Shown here: piece by piece, positions 13,500-26,940 of the stretch
Layout: every line of letters begins with the position of its first letter
Numbering within the stretch: position 1 is the first letter of the stretch
From: Eledone cirrhosa
Taxonomy: Eukaryota
Length of the DNA: 64,000 nucleotides
Reading direction: 5' to 3'
NCBI GenBank assembly: GCA_964016885.1
Contig: OZ024742.1
Span: forward strand, 38,130,001-38,194,000
The notes under the pieces: model-generated
What the model was told of the DNA's origin: nothing
Database searches by the model: none
Seen by the model: the letters and a program-made list of their open reading frames with translations, nothing else
Made by a program: the position numbers and the translations under genes

Positions 13500-13612
13500 C
13501 CACCAAAAAAACACTCACAGCATTATTGCAGGTGATAGCAAAGACAAGGCTCTGAAATAGCCAAGCATCCTCGCGAGCATCGCCTGGTACTTCAGTAAGA
13601 CGACACCGCCAT
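13500..13612 (-). mobile_element. Second CRE-like 3' remnant
   Basis: Manual translation RLTEVPGDAREDAWLFQSLVFAITCNNAVSV. Confidence 0.6.
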
Positions 13613-13974
13613 TGTTAAATATAACAAAAAGATTAGGAATAATTACATTTTTAAAATTGTTTAATACAATATAAAAGTTTAACTAAAATACATTGAAAAT
13701 AAATAAGTAGTGAAATAAATTTACAACAAATAATGTACATGAATTCATTTGATGTTGTTGTTATTGTTGTTTTCTTTGAATTGTTCTGACTAAAAAGTGC
13801 CCAATGTGTGTGGTCTCTTAAACAGTGTTGCCAGATCAATTTCATCAGATCAATTTCTTTAAAAAGGTAGTGGATTATATTAAAAAGCAATTTATTAACG
13901 AATGTTTTATTTTGATAGTAAATTAAAAGCACACACACATATAAAATCGGAAAGACAGAAGTTCACCACACAAA

Positions 13975-16900
13975 TGTAGCGAAGTGGTTAGTCTGTCTGG
14001 TCACTACTTCTGATCAAATCCGAGAATAGCCGTTAGAAGGACTGTTATCACATACGGTCTGATCAGATCTGAAGATAGCCCTTAAAAGAACTGTTGTCGC
14101 ATATAGCCCTTAAAAGGACTGTTGAGGATGGACAGACGAAAGCACAAGTTGAAAGGACGAAGCAAGGCGAGATGTAAATTCGATCAGCTATTTATTTTCA
14201 CATGAAGCGACGATACGAGGTACAAGGCGTGTGTGAGTGACAAAGCGTGGCAGAGTAAAGGAACAACGATACGCTAGCTCACTCTGCCAAAAGTCGACTG
14301 TTGAAGTGTTTGGAACCACTCTATTTATACAGAAATAATCGTTTGATGTTTAGCCGCTGTGTAGGCGTTTATTCTGATAGTTTTTAAGGGTTCTTTTGTT
14401 TCCCGTTGAGGTAGCTAGCTAACAGGTAGATGGCGCTGTATATTTCACAGATGTTATTTCCGGTGGCTGTATATTATCCCCCTGCCAGATCTTTTGTACA
14501 ACAAAAGAGCGAAATACCGTATAGTAATGGGCCAGTGGTGCATTTGTCATGACAATAGCCCCAGGAGTGTCCAGCACGTTGTCATCAAGTACAGGACAGA
14601 GTCGATGTAGAGATGATATGGCAAGATGTGTGTGTCAGGAAGAGAAAAAAGAAATAAACTATAAAATGACTTTGACCAGATTTATGCAGGCGTGATGAAT
14701 GAGCCTGTTGCAATTTGGGTTGAGCTGCCTGTGAATTGCGTGACAAAAAGTCTAACTGGGCAGTGAAGATAACCGTAATGTGTGAACTGAATGGCCGTAA
14801 GCATGCTGCCTAAAGGTAGCAGTTTGCTCCACCACATATGACTTTAGCGAATGCATGTGGTAAAAAAAATAGCGAGGCATTCTCGAGCTATTGAGTCAAT
14901 GTGTATGTGAAAAAAGAAGGCCAGTGTTTTGAGGATGCGATTTGTGAAATGCGTGATCAAAGAGAAAACATTTTGTAGTGTAAGAGTTAGAGGGACACAA
15001 ATATCTATTGCTCAGTGTATGAACCAAAAGGTGAAACAAACGTGGTTTTTGTAGTGTGCATGAAAAACAGAATATGTACACGCCTTGTATGTATATAAAA
15101 ATTATGGCAATTACACAATCAATGTTACAGAACAAGAAAAATAAAAAAAATTTGCAAAACAAGAGAGAGAAAAAAAAAATGTTATACACAATGATATACA
15201 CAATGTTTGTTTTTAAATAGTGTTTGTAATAAATAATGTTCATTATCAATAATGTTCTTCGTGACATGAGCACATGGTCACTAAAAATTGCAATTGTTCA
15301 AGCAGAAAGTTCATTGTATTTGAAACTGGAAATAGTAAACACCAGAAAAATGGAAATGTTTTGCACGAAGAATGATTAAGAAACTCACTTGAGGTTAACG
15401 GTAATTCATATATTGTGCCAACTTGGCGGGCCAATGGACGCGTCGTCCACTTCTCGTGACTGGAGATGAAACAGGTGGCTCGCTGGGACAGCAATCTGTT
15501 GGAGTTTCTGGTGGAGACTGTAACAGTATCCATGATGGCTTTTTTTAATCTGTCCACGCTGACAGAATTCTGTTTACCATCTAGATCGAGAATAAAATAT
15601 TTCGGATATTTTTTTAGAACACGATAAGGGCCAGAATATGGAGGTCGAAGATGAGCTGAGATGGTGTCGTTTCGAAAGAAAACGTGTGTCCAATCTTTAA
15701 TGTCTGAAGGTACGTGTGTGGCCGTGTTCTGTTGACGGGTGCTTGCAGGAGCAAGGTGAGACATATATTGTCGAAGACGGTGTACGTATGATCCTGGGTC
15801 TGGAACATCCTGAGGAGAGATGGGAGCAAACATCTGACCAGGTAGAACCAGGATGGTGCCGTACACTAATTCTGCAGGTGTGTGTCCGAATTCCTCCTTA
15901 ACGGTGGATCGAATGCCCAGAAGGATGAGTGGTAGGTATTCAAACCAGTGGGTCTTGTCTGGATATGCTTTTATTGCAGCTTTCAATTGGCAATGGACTC
16001 TTTCCACGAGACCATTAGCTTGTGGGTGATAAGCTGTCGTGCGGATGTGTTTACATCCTAACAGGCGAGTCAGTTCCCTGAAGAGGTGGGAGTCAAACTG
16101 GCGTCCTCTGTCCATTGTTATCTTCGCTGGGGCGCCATAACGTGATACCCAGTGTAAAACCAAAGTTTTAGCGACTGTTTCCGCTGAGGTAACATTTATG
16201 GGAAAAGCCTCATGCCAACGAGTAAATCGATCTTTGAGCAAGTGTGTGTAGTTCTGTGATGGAAGTCCGACGATGTCGATATGCACATGATGAAAACGTG
16301 CATCAGGTTGCGCGAATGTGCCGAGTGGAGTTTTAATGTGTCTGTGGACTTTGGCTTTCTGGCAGGAAATGCAGTTCCTGGACCAGTCGCGCACGTCCTT
16401 GTTAATGTTAGTCCACACAAAACGAGCAGAGATGAGTTTCTGTGTAGCCCGGATTCCCGGGTGAGACAAGCAGTGTAACGCAGAGAAAACTTGTCGACGA
16501 TGCATCTGTGGTATGTACGGTCGTTCATGACTGGTAGAAAAGTCGCACCAAATTTGTCCTGGAGAAGAAGGAATGGGTACTTGCTGAAACTTGAGGGATG
16601 GCGAATCTCGGAGCTTGATAAACTCTTCGTCATTCTCTTGGTCAGCTGCGATCTGTTGAAAGTCGATGCCTGAATGCACATGTATTGCGTTCAGCTGGAT
16701 TCGGGACAGGGCGTCGGCTGCTACGTTGTCTGATCCCTTGATATGCCGAATATCAGTTGAATATTGGGAGACAAAATCCAGGTGTCGGAGTTCTCTCGGT
16801 GAATGTCGATCAGGTTTGGTACAGAATGCATAAACTAGTGGTTTATGGTCCGTGTAGATCACGAAATCTGATCCTTCGAGCATGTGCCGAAAATGCTTAA

Positions 16901-19333
16901 CTGAAAGATAGGTTTCCAAGATTTCTCGGCCAAAGGTACTGTATTTCGTTTCTGCCGGTTGCAACCGCTTAGAAAAGAAGGATAAGGGTTGCCACACGCC
17001 GTCGACATGTTGTTGTAACACGCCTCCAACCCCCGTGTCTGATGCGTCCACTAGCAGCGAAAGAGGAGCGCCAGATCTGGGGAAAACGAGCATGGAAGAG
17101 TTTGCCAACATTTTCTTCAGGCGGTTAAAAGATGTTAATTCTTCCTCGTTTAGAGTGATCTCTTCGTTTTTGCGAGTCCGGTTGCGAAGAAGGTCCGTGA
17201 GGAGTCTGGCTGCGTCGGAACAATGAGGGATAAAACGCCTATAAAAATTCACCAGACCGAGGAATTCACGCAGTTTCCGAAGTGATGTAGGTGCAGGAAA
17301 ACTGCGGATAGCTTCTACTTTCTCGGGAAGTGGACGGATGCGGTCTTTATCGATGATGTGCCCGAGAAAGGACAGTGAAGGAACGCCGAGAAGGCACTTT
17401 CTGGGGTTGATGATGATACCGTACTCAGCCAAACGTTGGAAAAGGAGATCTAAGTGATTCTCGTGCTCTTGCGAGGAAGTACTTGCTACCAGCACGTCGT
17501 CAATATACGCGTATACGAAGGGTAGATCGCGTAACACGGTGTCAATAAACCGCTGAAAAGTTTGTGCAGCGTTGCGCAGACCGAACGGCATTCGCAGGAA
17601 TTCGAATAAACCGAACGGCGTTGTGATTGCGGTCTTCAGAATATCTGCAGGCTCCATAGGTATCTGGTTGTATGCACGTACCAAATCTATCTTGGAAAAG
17701 GTGCGTGCGCCTTGCAGAGAGGCAGAAAAATCGTGCAGGTGAGGTACAGGGTAATTATCGGGCACTGTAGAATTGTTAAGTGCACGATAATCCCCACATG
17801 GTTGCCAATCATTGTTGGTTTTTTTAGGAGCAAGGTGTAGGGGTGCAGACCAGTTGCTGGAGGAAAGGCGAATGTTTCCGAGGTCCAGCATGTGTTGGAA
17901 CTCCTGCTTGGCGATTCTCAATCGGTCTGGAGGCAGTCTCCTTGGTCGGGCAGCTGTGGGTGGTCCTCTTGTCTCGATGTGGTGTGTGACACTATGCTTA
18001 ATAGGTCCATCCTTAAATACCGGGCGAGTGATGTCTGGGTATTCTGGAGAATGCTGTTGTACTGCGAAGGCTCTGACTGGCAAATTACAGGGCTCACTGT
18101 GGATTGCGTGGTAAATATACCTCTCACAGTGAGGTTTGTGGTGGTGTCGATAAGCCTCCGGTTCTTCATGTCCACCAGAAGGTTGAAGTGGTGGAGAAAA
18201 TCGGCTGCTAGGATAAGGGTCGGCAGGTCTGCCACGACGAACACCCATTGAAAACGCCGCCTCAGGCCTAAATTGAGGGTCAGGAATTTTTCCCCGAAAG
18301 TCCGAATTGACGATTGGTTCACTGCCTGCAGAAAGGACGGTGTTGGGTGTCTTTTGCCCGAGATTAGTGAAACAGGAATAACACTAACCTGGGCTCCTGT
18401 ATCCACGAGGTAACGGATGCCTGTCGCCTGGTCGTTAATAAAAAATAGACAACTTTTCTTTTCAGTACCAGGGGTGAACGTCGTCGCTAGGCCCTGGGTG
18501 GTATTCCGGAAAGAGCACGGGGCTTTGCACTTAGACGCCTGTGCGCCGAAATTTGAGTGATACCAGCAGAGGTTGCCAGGCACGCGATTTTGACTGGGAC
18601 CTCTGGATCTTCGACTATGAAAAGGCCTGGATCGACTGTTGCTGCATCGCCGGTGTGTTTGAAAGGTCAAGTTCTCTACTTGATTCGAGAGGGCTTTAAT
18701 TTGACCAGCCCGCTCTCTGATCATAGCCCGCAGCTCTGAAATCTCGGCCTCTGTCGTTGGTTGCGACATGTCCATGTTGGTATTTTGTTAGGTGCTGCCT
18801 GGTTGCGCGTTCGAATCACGTCGGGGTCACCAATTGTAGCGACGTGGTTAGTCAGTCTGGTCACTACTTCTGATCAGATCCGAGAATAGCCCTTAGAAGG
18901 ACTGTTATCGCATACGGTCTGATCAGATCTGAAGATAGCCCTTAAAAGAACTGTTGTCGCATATAGCCCATAAAAGGACTGTTGCGGATGGACAGACGAA
19001 AGCACAAGTTGAAAGGACGAAGCAAGGCGAGATGTAAATTCGATCAGCTACTTATTTTCACATGAAGCGACGATACGAGGTACAAGGCGTGTGTGAGTGA
19101 CAAAGTGTGGCAGAGTAAAGGAACAACGATACGCTAGCTCACTCTGCCAAAAGTCGACTGCTGAAGTGTTTGGAACCACTCTATTTATACAGAAACAATC
19201 GTTTGATGTTTAGCTGCTGAGTAGGCGTTTATTCTGGTAGCTTTTAAGGGTTCTTTTGTTTCCCGTTGAGGTAGCTAGCTAACAGGTAGATGGCGCTGTA
19301 TATTTCACAGATGTTATTTCCGGTGGCTGTACA
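13975..19333 (-). mobile_element. Gypsy LTR retrotransposon, CsRn1-like clade
   Basis: 499-bp LTRs 18835-19333 and 13975-14473 (about 16 differences); tRNA-Trp PBS; PPT 14474-14486. CWYH-x9-C-x3-C gag knuckle and LVDTGA protease in 17918..18775; RT (YIDD), RNase H, HHCC/DDE integrase and GPY motif in 15246..18248. Confidence 0.95.
18801..18832 (-). promoter_or_regulatory. Primer-binding site complementary to the tRNA-Trp 3' end, extended to 32 nt
   Basis: Plus strand reads GGTTGCGCGTTCGAATCACGTCGGGGTCACCA, the 3' portion of metazoan tRNA-Trp including CCA; lies 2 nt from the 5' LTR. Confidence 0.9.
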
Positions 19334-21394
19334 CACATATAAAATCGGAAAGACAGAAGTTCGTCCGTGAAGTGGGGTGACTGTTGCAGCGGGTGTCTTT
19401 GGCCATTCTCGGTGGCACCTCAATAGACGGAAAAAGTGGCCAACAGCCGCTACAGAGATTGAACTCTGTACCTCCCAAAAAATAAACGGGAGAAAACATG
19501 CACACTCAATTCCGCGTTACAATTGTGAATGCTGGCGCTGTCTCTTCAAAATGCCAGGACACTTATGGCATTACCATAAATGATAGCGAAGCTAAGCCAC
19601 TGGAATAGCCAATAATATTAGTATATGGATAATTTCTACAAGCGAGGAGGGGAGGGGTGTCTCAGTAGTCGCTCGATCTGCTAAAAAGAGCAGTAAAATC
19701 TACTGCAAAAGTATTAAACAAAGCAGAACACATTGGATCTGACAGGGGTTGGGGGGGGGGGGGCGAATTATCACAGCTGGAACCTTTTTGATAGTAGTAG
19801 ATTAACTCAACCATAGCAGCATAATTACTGATACGTGGAAAATTTATCACAGTACTGAACATTTGAATACCCAGCCAATAGAAATTGTGTGGGGGCTACG
19901 AGAAAGATTAGGAGCAGTACGAAATCTCAGAATTTTTTTTTTTAGTTACACTGTAATTGAATATGAATTTCAAAAATTTCCATTTTTCTTAGAGGTGAAG
20001 GCCAGGCCACAGACTTTTGGAGTTCATTTTCAATCGAAATTAAAGAAAATATGAGCCAAAGGATTATCAAACGATATTGTACGTTACTAATACGAATACT
20101 ATTAACAACAATAAGCATTATAAATAGTAAATAGCTTTTTATTATATCTTATTTTACAAATTATCTAGGGACATGTACTACATTATCAATATTGTGGCAG
20201 CCATTGATAACCATGAAATTTCAAAATTTTATTTCGAAAAGCTGTTTATACAAAACAAAACAGTTTAAAGAGTGTACTGTGTGCTTTTTAGAGAAGTTGT
20301 CATCAACTTCGCAAGACAGAAGAGCCCTCTCCACTTTATATTGTTTCCAATCAATTGCCAACCACTTTACACTAGAGAGGTTGTCACATCCTCCACAAGA
20401 CCTCCACAAGTGTCCTCTCTAGCATATGTTATTTTGGTTTGTTTGTCAAACCATTTTACAGTGAGTACTAAGTGCATTCCATTGTGTCACCTACACTATA
20501 GAGGTTGTACTCTAGTCTTTAGAGAATTTCCTACATCAACATTTTATATCTTTAAATAGAAAAAAGAATGGTGAAATTAAAATTAGAGTATCATGTAACC
20601 AATTGTCAACTAACTGTTCACTGGTGAATTGGTAATAGTCTGGCTTCATTCATATTACTTTATTTCACATTAAAAATTATACTAATTTTATGCTTTACAA
20701 TTTATTTAATCAGAATATGTAACAGCTGGCTAAAACATCTCAGTTGAAATATTATATTTTAATTCAAAAGTCTCACTGAAATAAAATGTAAGATTGATTG
20801 GTGAGTAGTTTTTAAATGAAATGTTCTCTGTTGTGAAGTGCACAGTGCTTTTCATAAACTTCTTTTCATCAGATAGTAGATATTACAAATCTTAACGAAA
20901 TATATTCTGAAAAGTGCTTGGTATTAGGAAAGGCATCCAGCCATGGATACCATGCCCAAAATGGAAAATCTTAATATCCAGCCCTAGATTTGACAATGCC
21001 CTCAACATCATTTGATCAAGCTTGTTTGGATTTGTTCAACTTGATCATATCATCTATCTCAATTTTGCATAGTGTTTGGAAAGTCAGCATGGCAATATGC
21101 CATGTCCATCAGAGCTGCTTGATAAACGTTTTGGCTGGAGGCTGACACATGTATATCCTTGTCAGGGTATCCTTATATCACTAATGAGCTTTTGCTTAGT
21201 TCTCCCAAATATAGTACTTTAAGATTAACCATCCTCACCTTGTTACTTTGAAACAGAAACCTTTCACAGTTTAGGAATATATTTTCTCCTTTTCAGATAA
21301 AATAAAATTGCATTGTTTTTTAAATTATAAAACTATTTCATCTATATTACATTTTCTGTACCAATTATAAAATATACTATTATATAAATATATG

Positions 21395-21720
21395 GCATAT
21401 GGTTAAGGGGTTCAATTTGCAATCATTAGGTTCTGGGTTCTATCCCACTAATGGCATCTTAGGCAAGTGTCATTTACCATAGCGTCATGTTGTGAAATTG
21501 GGTAAACAGAAACTGTTTGGAGGCCCATCAGATAGACTGCACCTGTAATTTAATAGGCCAACCATGTCATATATTGTGTCATGCTGAATTTCCCTTAGAA
21601 TTACGTTAATAGTACACTTGTCTGTGGAATGCTCAGCCACTTGCACATCAATTTCATGGGGAGCCTGTTCTGTTTATTGAACAACTGTAACATTCATTGT
21701 TGAAACAGATGAAGGTCTAT
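21395..21720 (+). mobile_element. tRNA-derived CORE-like SINE (related copy near 36600-36975)
   Basis: A/B-box-like head followed by CTT(A/G)G(G/A)CA(A/G)GTGT core. Confidence 0.55.
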
Positions 21721-22689
21721 TCCATGTAGCCGCAGTATGGCATTAAAACACTATGAAATGTACATATATATACAGAAGACTGTTAGCAAGCTAATGAGAT
21801 GAAAGCATGCCTAATACAAATCATAGTTTTCCATAATTTAAGTTCATCCTGGAGGATACAGGATTTGTAGCGCTCAATACTAATGAACCTGAAAAAATTC
21901 TTATAAAAGTGTTGCCAGAAACATAGGTATAGGAGAGCAATGATTTGTATTATGGAAGCAGGTTCAATTTTGTAAAAAAGGAAAAAAATGATGTTTAGTA
22001 TATATTCTAAACTAACCTGTTTTTTTTCTATTTGTTACTGGAATATATTTGCATTGTTTTCATATATTACCATTTTTATATTATTATAATATTACATTAA
22101 GTAAATGAATCATACTTTCAAAATAATGTTATATTATTTTAGAAATCTGTTTACTATTTATGAAACAACCACTATTGTTAACTCTTTTATTACCATATTT
22201 CTCATGAAAGATACTACCTATGATTTTGAAAGTATACATTTTGAGAGATTTAGTAAAATAACTTTTTCATTTTTAAGCTGGTGTTTAATATATAACTTAA
22301 AATTTTCTTACATAAAATTAGGATGGAAGGTTTTTAGGTAGATATAGACACTTTAAAACAAGCAGTTTTATATCATACAACAAGGTGCAATCTCAAGATA
22401 TGAACGCTTTGAAACAAATGAGTTTGTATCAGGAAGTTTAGCATCAAAAGGGTTAATTACTCCCTATCAACTAATACCAGGTGAGAGCTGACCTCAGATC
22501 GCTGAATCTCATGGAGGAGATGACGAAGGACTGTGACGAATGGAGAGATGCTGTGCTGAATAGGACCCGTCCCACCCTTGCAAGCAGGGAAAAGTGGACG
22601 TGAAATGATGATGATGATGCCTCACAAAAGTTTTGATATTATGAACTATATTTTGCATGAGTTATTCATATTGACCTAAGATCGGGAGG

Positions 22690-23780
22690 ATTTTATTTAA
22701 CTACAATAAGTATTTAGTGAGTATTAGCGCCAAGGAATTCAGGAACGCTTGCGATTGTGTAAGTTCTAGATTCTGCTACCGGGAAGTAGGGCATGTAATT
22801 ATTGGTGATCTGAATATAGTCGAGAACAAGGATCTGAGATAGCTTATGATAAAGGGTACTAAATTTAGAGAATCTGTAAAGAGAAACGGGTCCATGGTAG
22901 GTAAGTTAGTGTTGGAATCGATGATTTTGTGGTTAAATTAGGCCTGAAATTTGGTTTTGCTTGTGTTGTTCCAGAAATGGAAAGAAAGAGTTATTAGCTT
23001 GGTAAAGAGAATTGGACATGTTGACACAAGGGCAGTCTATACTTAATGGGCCCAAGGTGAAACAATTTTTGAATAGGTTTCACAATAGGTATATCACAGC
23101 GCCTGTAATTTATATCATAACAGGTAATTTTGTTGTAATAGGCAAAAAATACTGTCAGTTTTAGCTATCACATCATCTTGGGCGAATCACTTGAGGGTTT
23201 AACCCTTTAGCATTTAAACCGGCCATATCCAGCCAGAATTCTCTCACCTCTTTCTGTTCAAACTGGCTGTAACCAGCCACCCATACTGATGTTAAAAGTA
23301 TTGTTCTCAAAATAAATCACATCAAAATCTTGTAGATTCAATATTATGTGAGGTAAAACCTTTACCATGAAAATATAATAATAAATATAGAGTAATGTGA
23401 ATGCTAAAGGGTTAAAGTCAAGAGTATAAGAGAGAGGGTGGAGCAAGTCCTATTACATAATGGGGTTGTAGTCACTGCAGGTAATAATAGATATTAATGT
23501 CTATTTTTATACAAAAACTGTGTAATTTGATGGCTTCAAAAAGTCCATCTCCCATATGTTCATATTAGAACAGGTTAGGGGTTGAGATATATGGATGATG
23601 TCTGAAGAAGGGATTTTGGGGGATGTCTTAGCTCTAATATAGACATTTAGTTCATAGTTCATAATTGGCTTGGTTTTTACAAGTTTGGAATCAGATGGTC
23701 TTATCCACTAGATGCTTAGGTTTCCAAGTGCATTGTTTATGTATAGAGCATTCAATGACTGCATTTGTTCTATATATGTA
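22690..23780 (+). mobile_element. Decayed Penelope-like element (possibly Naiad-type), interrupted by a MITE
   Basis: Manual translation [40 protein letters not shown] (from about 22755), FHNRYITAPV, and RYMDD near 23585-23600. Confidence 0.6.
23199..23415. mobile_element. piggyBac-type MITE
   Basis: TTAA-CCCTTTAGCATT ... AATGCTAAAGGG-TTAA. Confidence 0.88.
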
Positions 23781-25619
23781 TATATAAGTGTAGGTGAATA
23801 AACTAGTTGGAGCAATAATGGTCGTGTTTATATATATATATACATATATGTGGATTTTGTATATCTAATGATATATGGTATGTTTAATAAACATTTGGAC
23901 AGCCTCAGTTATGAATAGAAGGCATCATCTAGCGGAATCCATCAGAAGCAAGGGGGGATAATTGTCTATGCATTTTGAATTTAAATGGTTCTTGTCAGGA
24001 CAATGCTTCCTTCTGCCAACTGTTGGACAAGTGAAAATATATAGTTTTTTCACCCGTGTAAATGGGCTGATTAGCCGCATTTGCATACAAAGCTATTTGT
24101 GAATTTTGTACATCTAAAAATATAGGTATGTTTAATAAATAAATATTTTGAAATCTTTGGCTATGAATAGCTGATTTTAATACCCTAAGGGATACATGAC
24201 TGGTTCACTCAAATCTTAACAAGAATTACTATGTCATTAGTTAGCTTTGTCTGAAGCATGCATGTGTCAGAGTTTACAATCCTTTGAAGCCAATTCATAT
24301 GCCTTTGAGTTAATTTGTAATTTTATTTACAATTTGTGTGCACTTATGGTTATCACAGTACATTTGCTATACATGGCATTAACCTTTTACTGGCTCTCAA
24401 CTAGTTAATCACATTCGTTTTTCACCTGTAAATCTAAGTTTGGGTTTTGATTTTGACTTTGGTTTTATAACCCAACAAATATGTTATTCTTAGTAGTATT
24501 GCCATTATTTACAAGGGAGGTGGATTAGCAGTATCAGTAGTGTCAGACAACATTCTTTGCAGCACTAAATCACAGCCCTTTATGTTCTGAGTTCAAATCC
24601 TGCTGAGGTTAGCTTTGGCTTTCATCCTCAAAGAGTCAATAAAATAAAGCACCAGTTGATTTAATCAACTTTCCCCTCCCCCAAAAATTGCTGGCCTTGT
24701 GCCTAAATTAGAAACTGTTATCTTTTGTTTATTTAAAAGTTAATAAAAAGTCCTTTAATCCTATTATGCTGAAACAGCATTACCAATATAATGTATGTTT
24801 TGAGTTGCATGGCAACCACGTCGTTACCATGCCAACAATTTTTTTTATCGACTTTGCAAAATTTTTGACCTTGCATTATTGTTGTTTCATTTAGTAGCAA
24901 ACATGGCAAAGAGAAGGTACACGACAGTACCTATATCCCTGCATAGTTTCATGGTCATAGCCTTAGTGGATGTGGAAAAAATTTGAACACTATAAAAGTA
25001 CTACATTTTAATACATCCGGGTACAACTGATGACGTCACCAAATAAATGGTATGTCAGCAACCATTTTGTAATGCAAAAATGTTTGCATACATGTTCTAT
25101 ACATGTACCATATTTCTTTATCATAGCATTAGTGGTTCATGAATAAAGCGGCGGGGGGGGGGGGGGTCTTAGAGCCCTTGAACCCCAAGTTTTTTTTTTT
25201 TAATTCTTTAAATCAGAACTAACATTTCTGCAGAATAAAATTTAAAATTAAAATTTTTATTCAGCTGGACCGTGTCATTTTAATTAAATAAATTTTCAAG
25301 AACTTATACATGCATGTGTGTGTGTGTGTGTGTCATGGTCATCTGGTTGACATACTGAATATATAATTAAGTGTATAGGTAAAATGTTCATAATAGGAAC
25401 AGTAAACACAGAAACATAGTTGCAGTGTTTACTGCAGACAAAACAGCGACAAAACAGACAAAACAGCGAGCAAAGTAATAGAACAATTATCTCGATTTTA
25501 TTAACATCATTTTTATTGTGATTTTACAATAATAAGGTTGATAATTAAAATTATAATAGCAACATCATCAACACAGTTATTATAATACATGAAGTCCTTG
25601 AACAGAAAGAATGGAAATA

Positions 25620-25835
25620 AGATGAAGACAAACAATGAATAGTAGATGATGATGGGATTAAAGCCAGTGGTGGATATGAAGAGAAATGGAATGAGATGGC
25701 TGGGTCATGTGTTGAAAGGAGATAAAAATGATTGGGTAACAGGAATAGAGTCAGTGATAAATGTTGTGAAGAGGAATGGAATGAAATGGTTGGGTCATGT
25801 TGAAGGATGAAAAGTGGCTGAGTGAGAGGAGTGAT
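25620..25835. repeat. Degenerate minisatellite of about 75 bp (second array near 35500-35770)
   Basis: Repeated GAAATGGAATGAGATGGTTGGGTCATGTGTTGA-like unit. Confidence 0.75.
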
Positions 25836-26299
25836 GTAAATGAATGTAGAGAGGGATAGCAGGAGAAAACCAAGCCATGATGGAAGAGGAAATGAAAGCC
25901 AGAGGATTGGTATGTGGAGAATACAGACAATAGGGCAAGATGGAGAAACTTGCAAGACTAACCCCTGCTTAAAATGGTATTAAAACGTTGTTGCTAGTGG
26001 TCTATCATCAACCCTGTCCTTTTGATAAAAGTTATTCTGTGAAAACATCTATTTGCTAACATTCTACAATTCCAACCAGTTCCATATATTAGCCTTTTAT
26101 TGTTAATGTATAGGTGTCCATGTGAATTAGTTCAGTAGAGACAGAACATGTTTTGGTACATCTTTTTAACAAAGCAGTGAATTAAAACAGTCCTTAGAAT
26201 ATCAAATTAAATACTTCAGTATTTGTTCTGGCTCTTTTCAACCTTTTGGAGTCAACATATAAAATACAGAACAGATTTGGGGCTTGAGCAAAATGGAAG

Positions 26300-26940
26300 G
26301 TGATAATGGTGGTGGAATAATAGGGTTGATAGAGTCATAAAAGTTAAGAGACTGGAAGATTAAGAGAAACAGGTAACTAAAAGAGAAGCTAGGTTTTACA
26401 TATATTTTGCGAAGAACAAGGCTAAAAGTAAAAGGTTCACGTGTTCAATGGCGTGAGGGTGTGCTAGAGAAAATCAAGACATCATTGAAGAGACATGCAT
26501 CCAGAATATGATAGCAGCATACTTGCCCTCACTGACACAGTAAAAAAGGTTTGCAAATGCCATTATAAGAGATTGCTAAATAAAGAAAATGCATGGGAGA
26601 GAGAGGGTCTACCCAAAATAGACCCAATGGAGAGACCAACCATTCAAGTTGACAGCAGTAGGGTAGATAAAACAATTGATGTGAAGGCAACTGGACTGTC
26701 AGGTATAGTCACTGAGATGCTAAAAATATCTGACATGGTAGAGCACATGCATTGTCAATCGGGTAGTATAAGATGGTGTCCTATACTAAATGACTAGCAC
26801 ATCTGTATCATTATCAACTGATACAAAGGTAAAAGAGAAGTCCTGGAGGAAACTACAGAGGTACCAAGTTGATGGGCCATGTCATGAAAGTTACAGAGTT
26901 ATAGCACAACTGATTAGGGACAGAATTAGCCTAGATCTTA
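26300..26940 (+). mobile_element. Degraded RTE LINE fragment
   Basis: HYKRLLN, KATGLSGIVTEMLK and RVIAQLIRDRI resemble the 42.9-kb RTE. Confidence 0.7.

Noticed and set aside
18801-18832. tRNA-Trp gene
   Set aside because: Only the 3' 32 nt including CCA are present, adjacent to an LTR; it is a PBS.
20221-20560. piggyBac transposase C-terminal remnant (NCFVLY)
   Set aside because: The Cys pattern is incomplete and no TIR was found; too weak to call.
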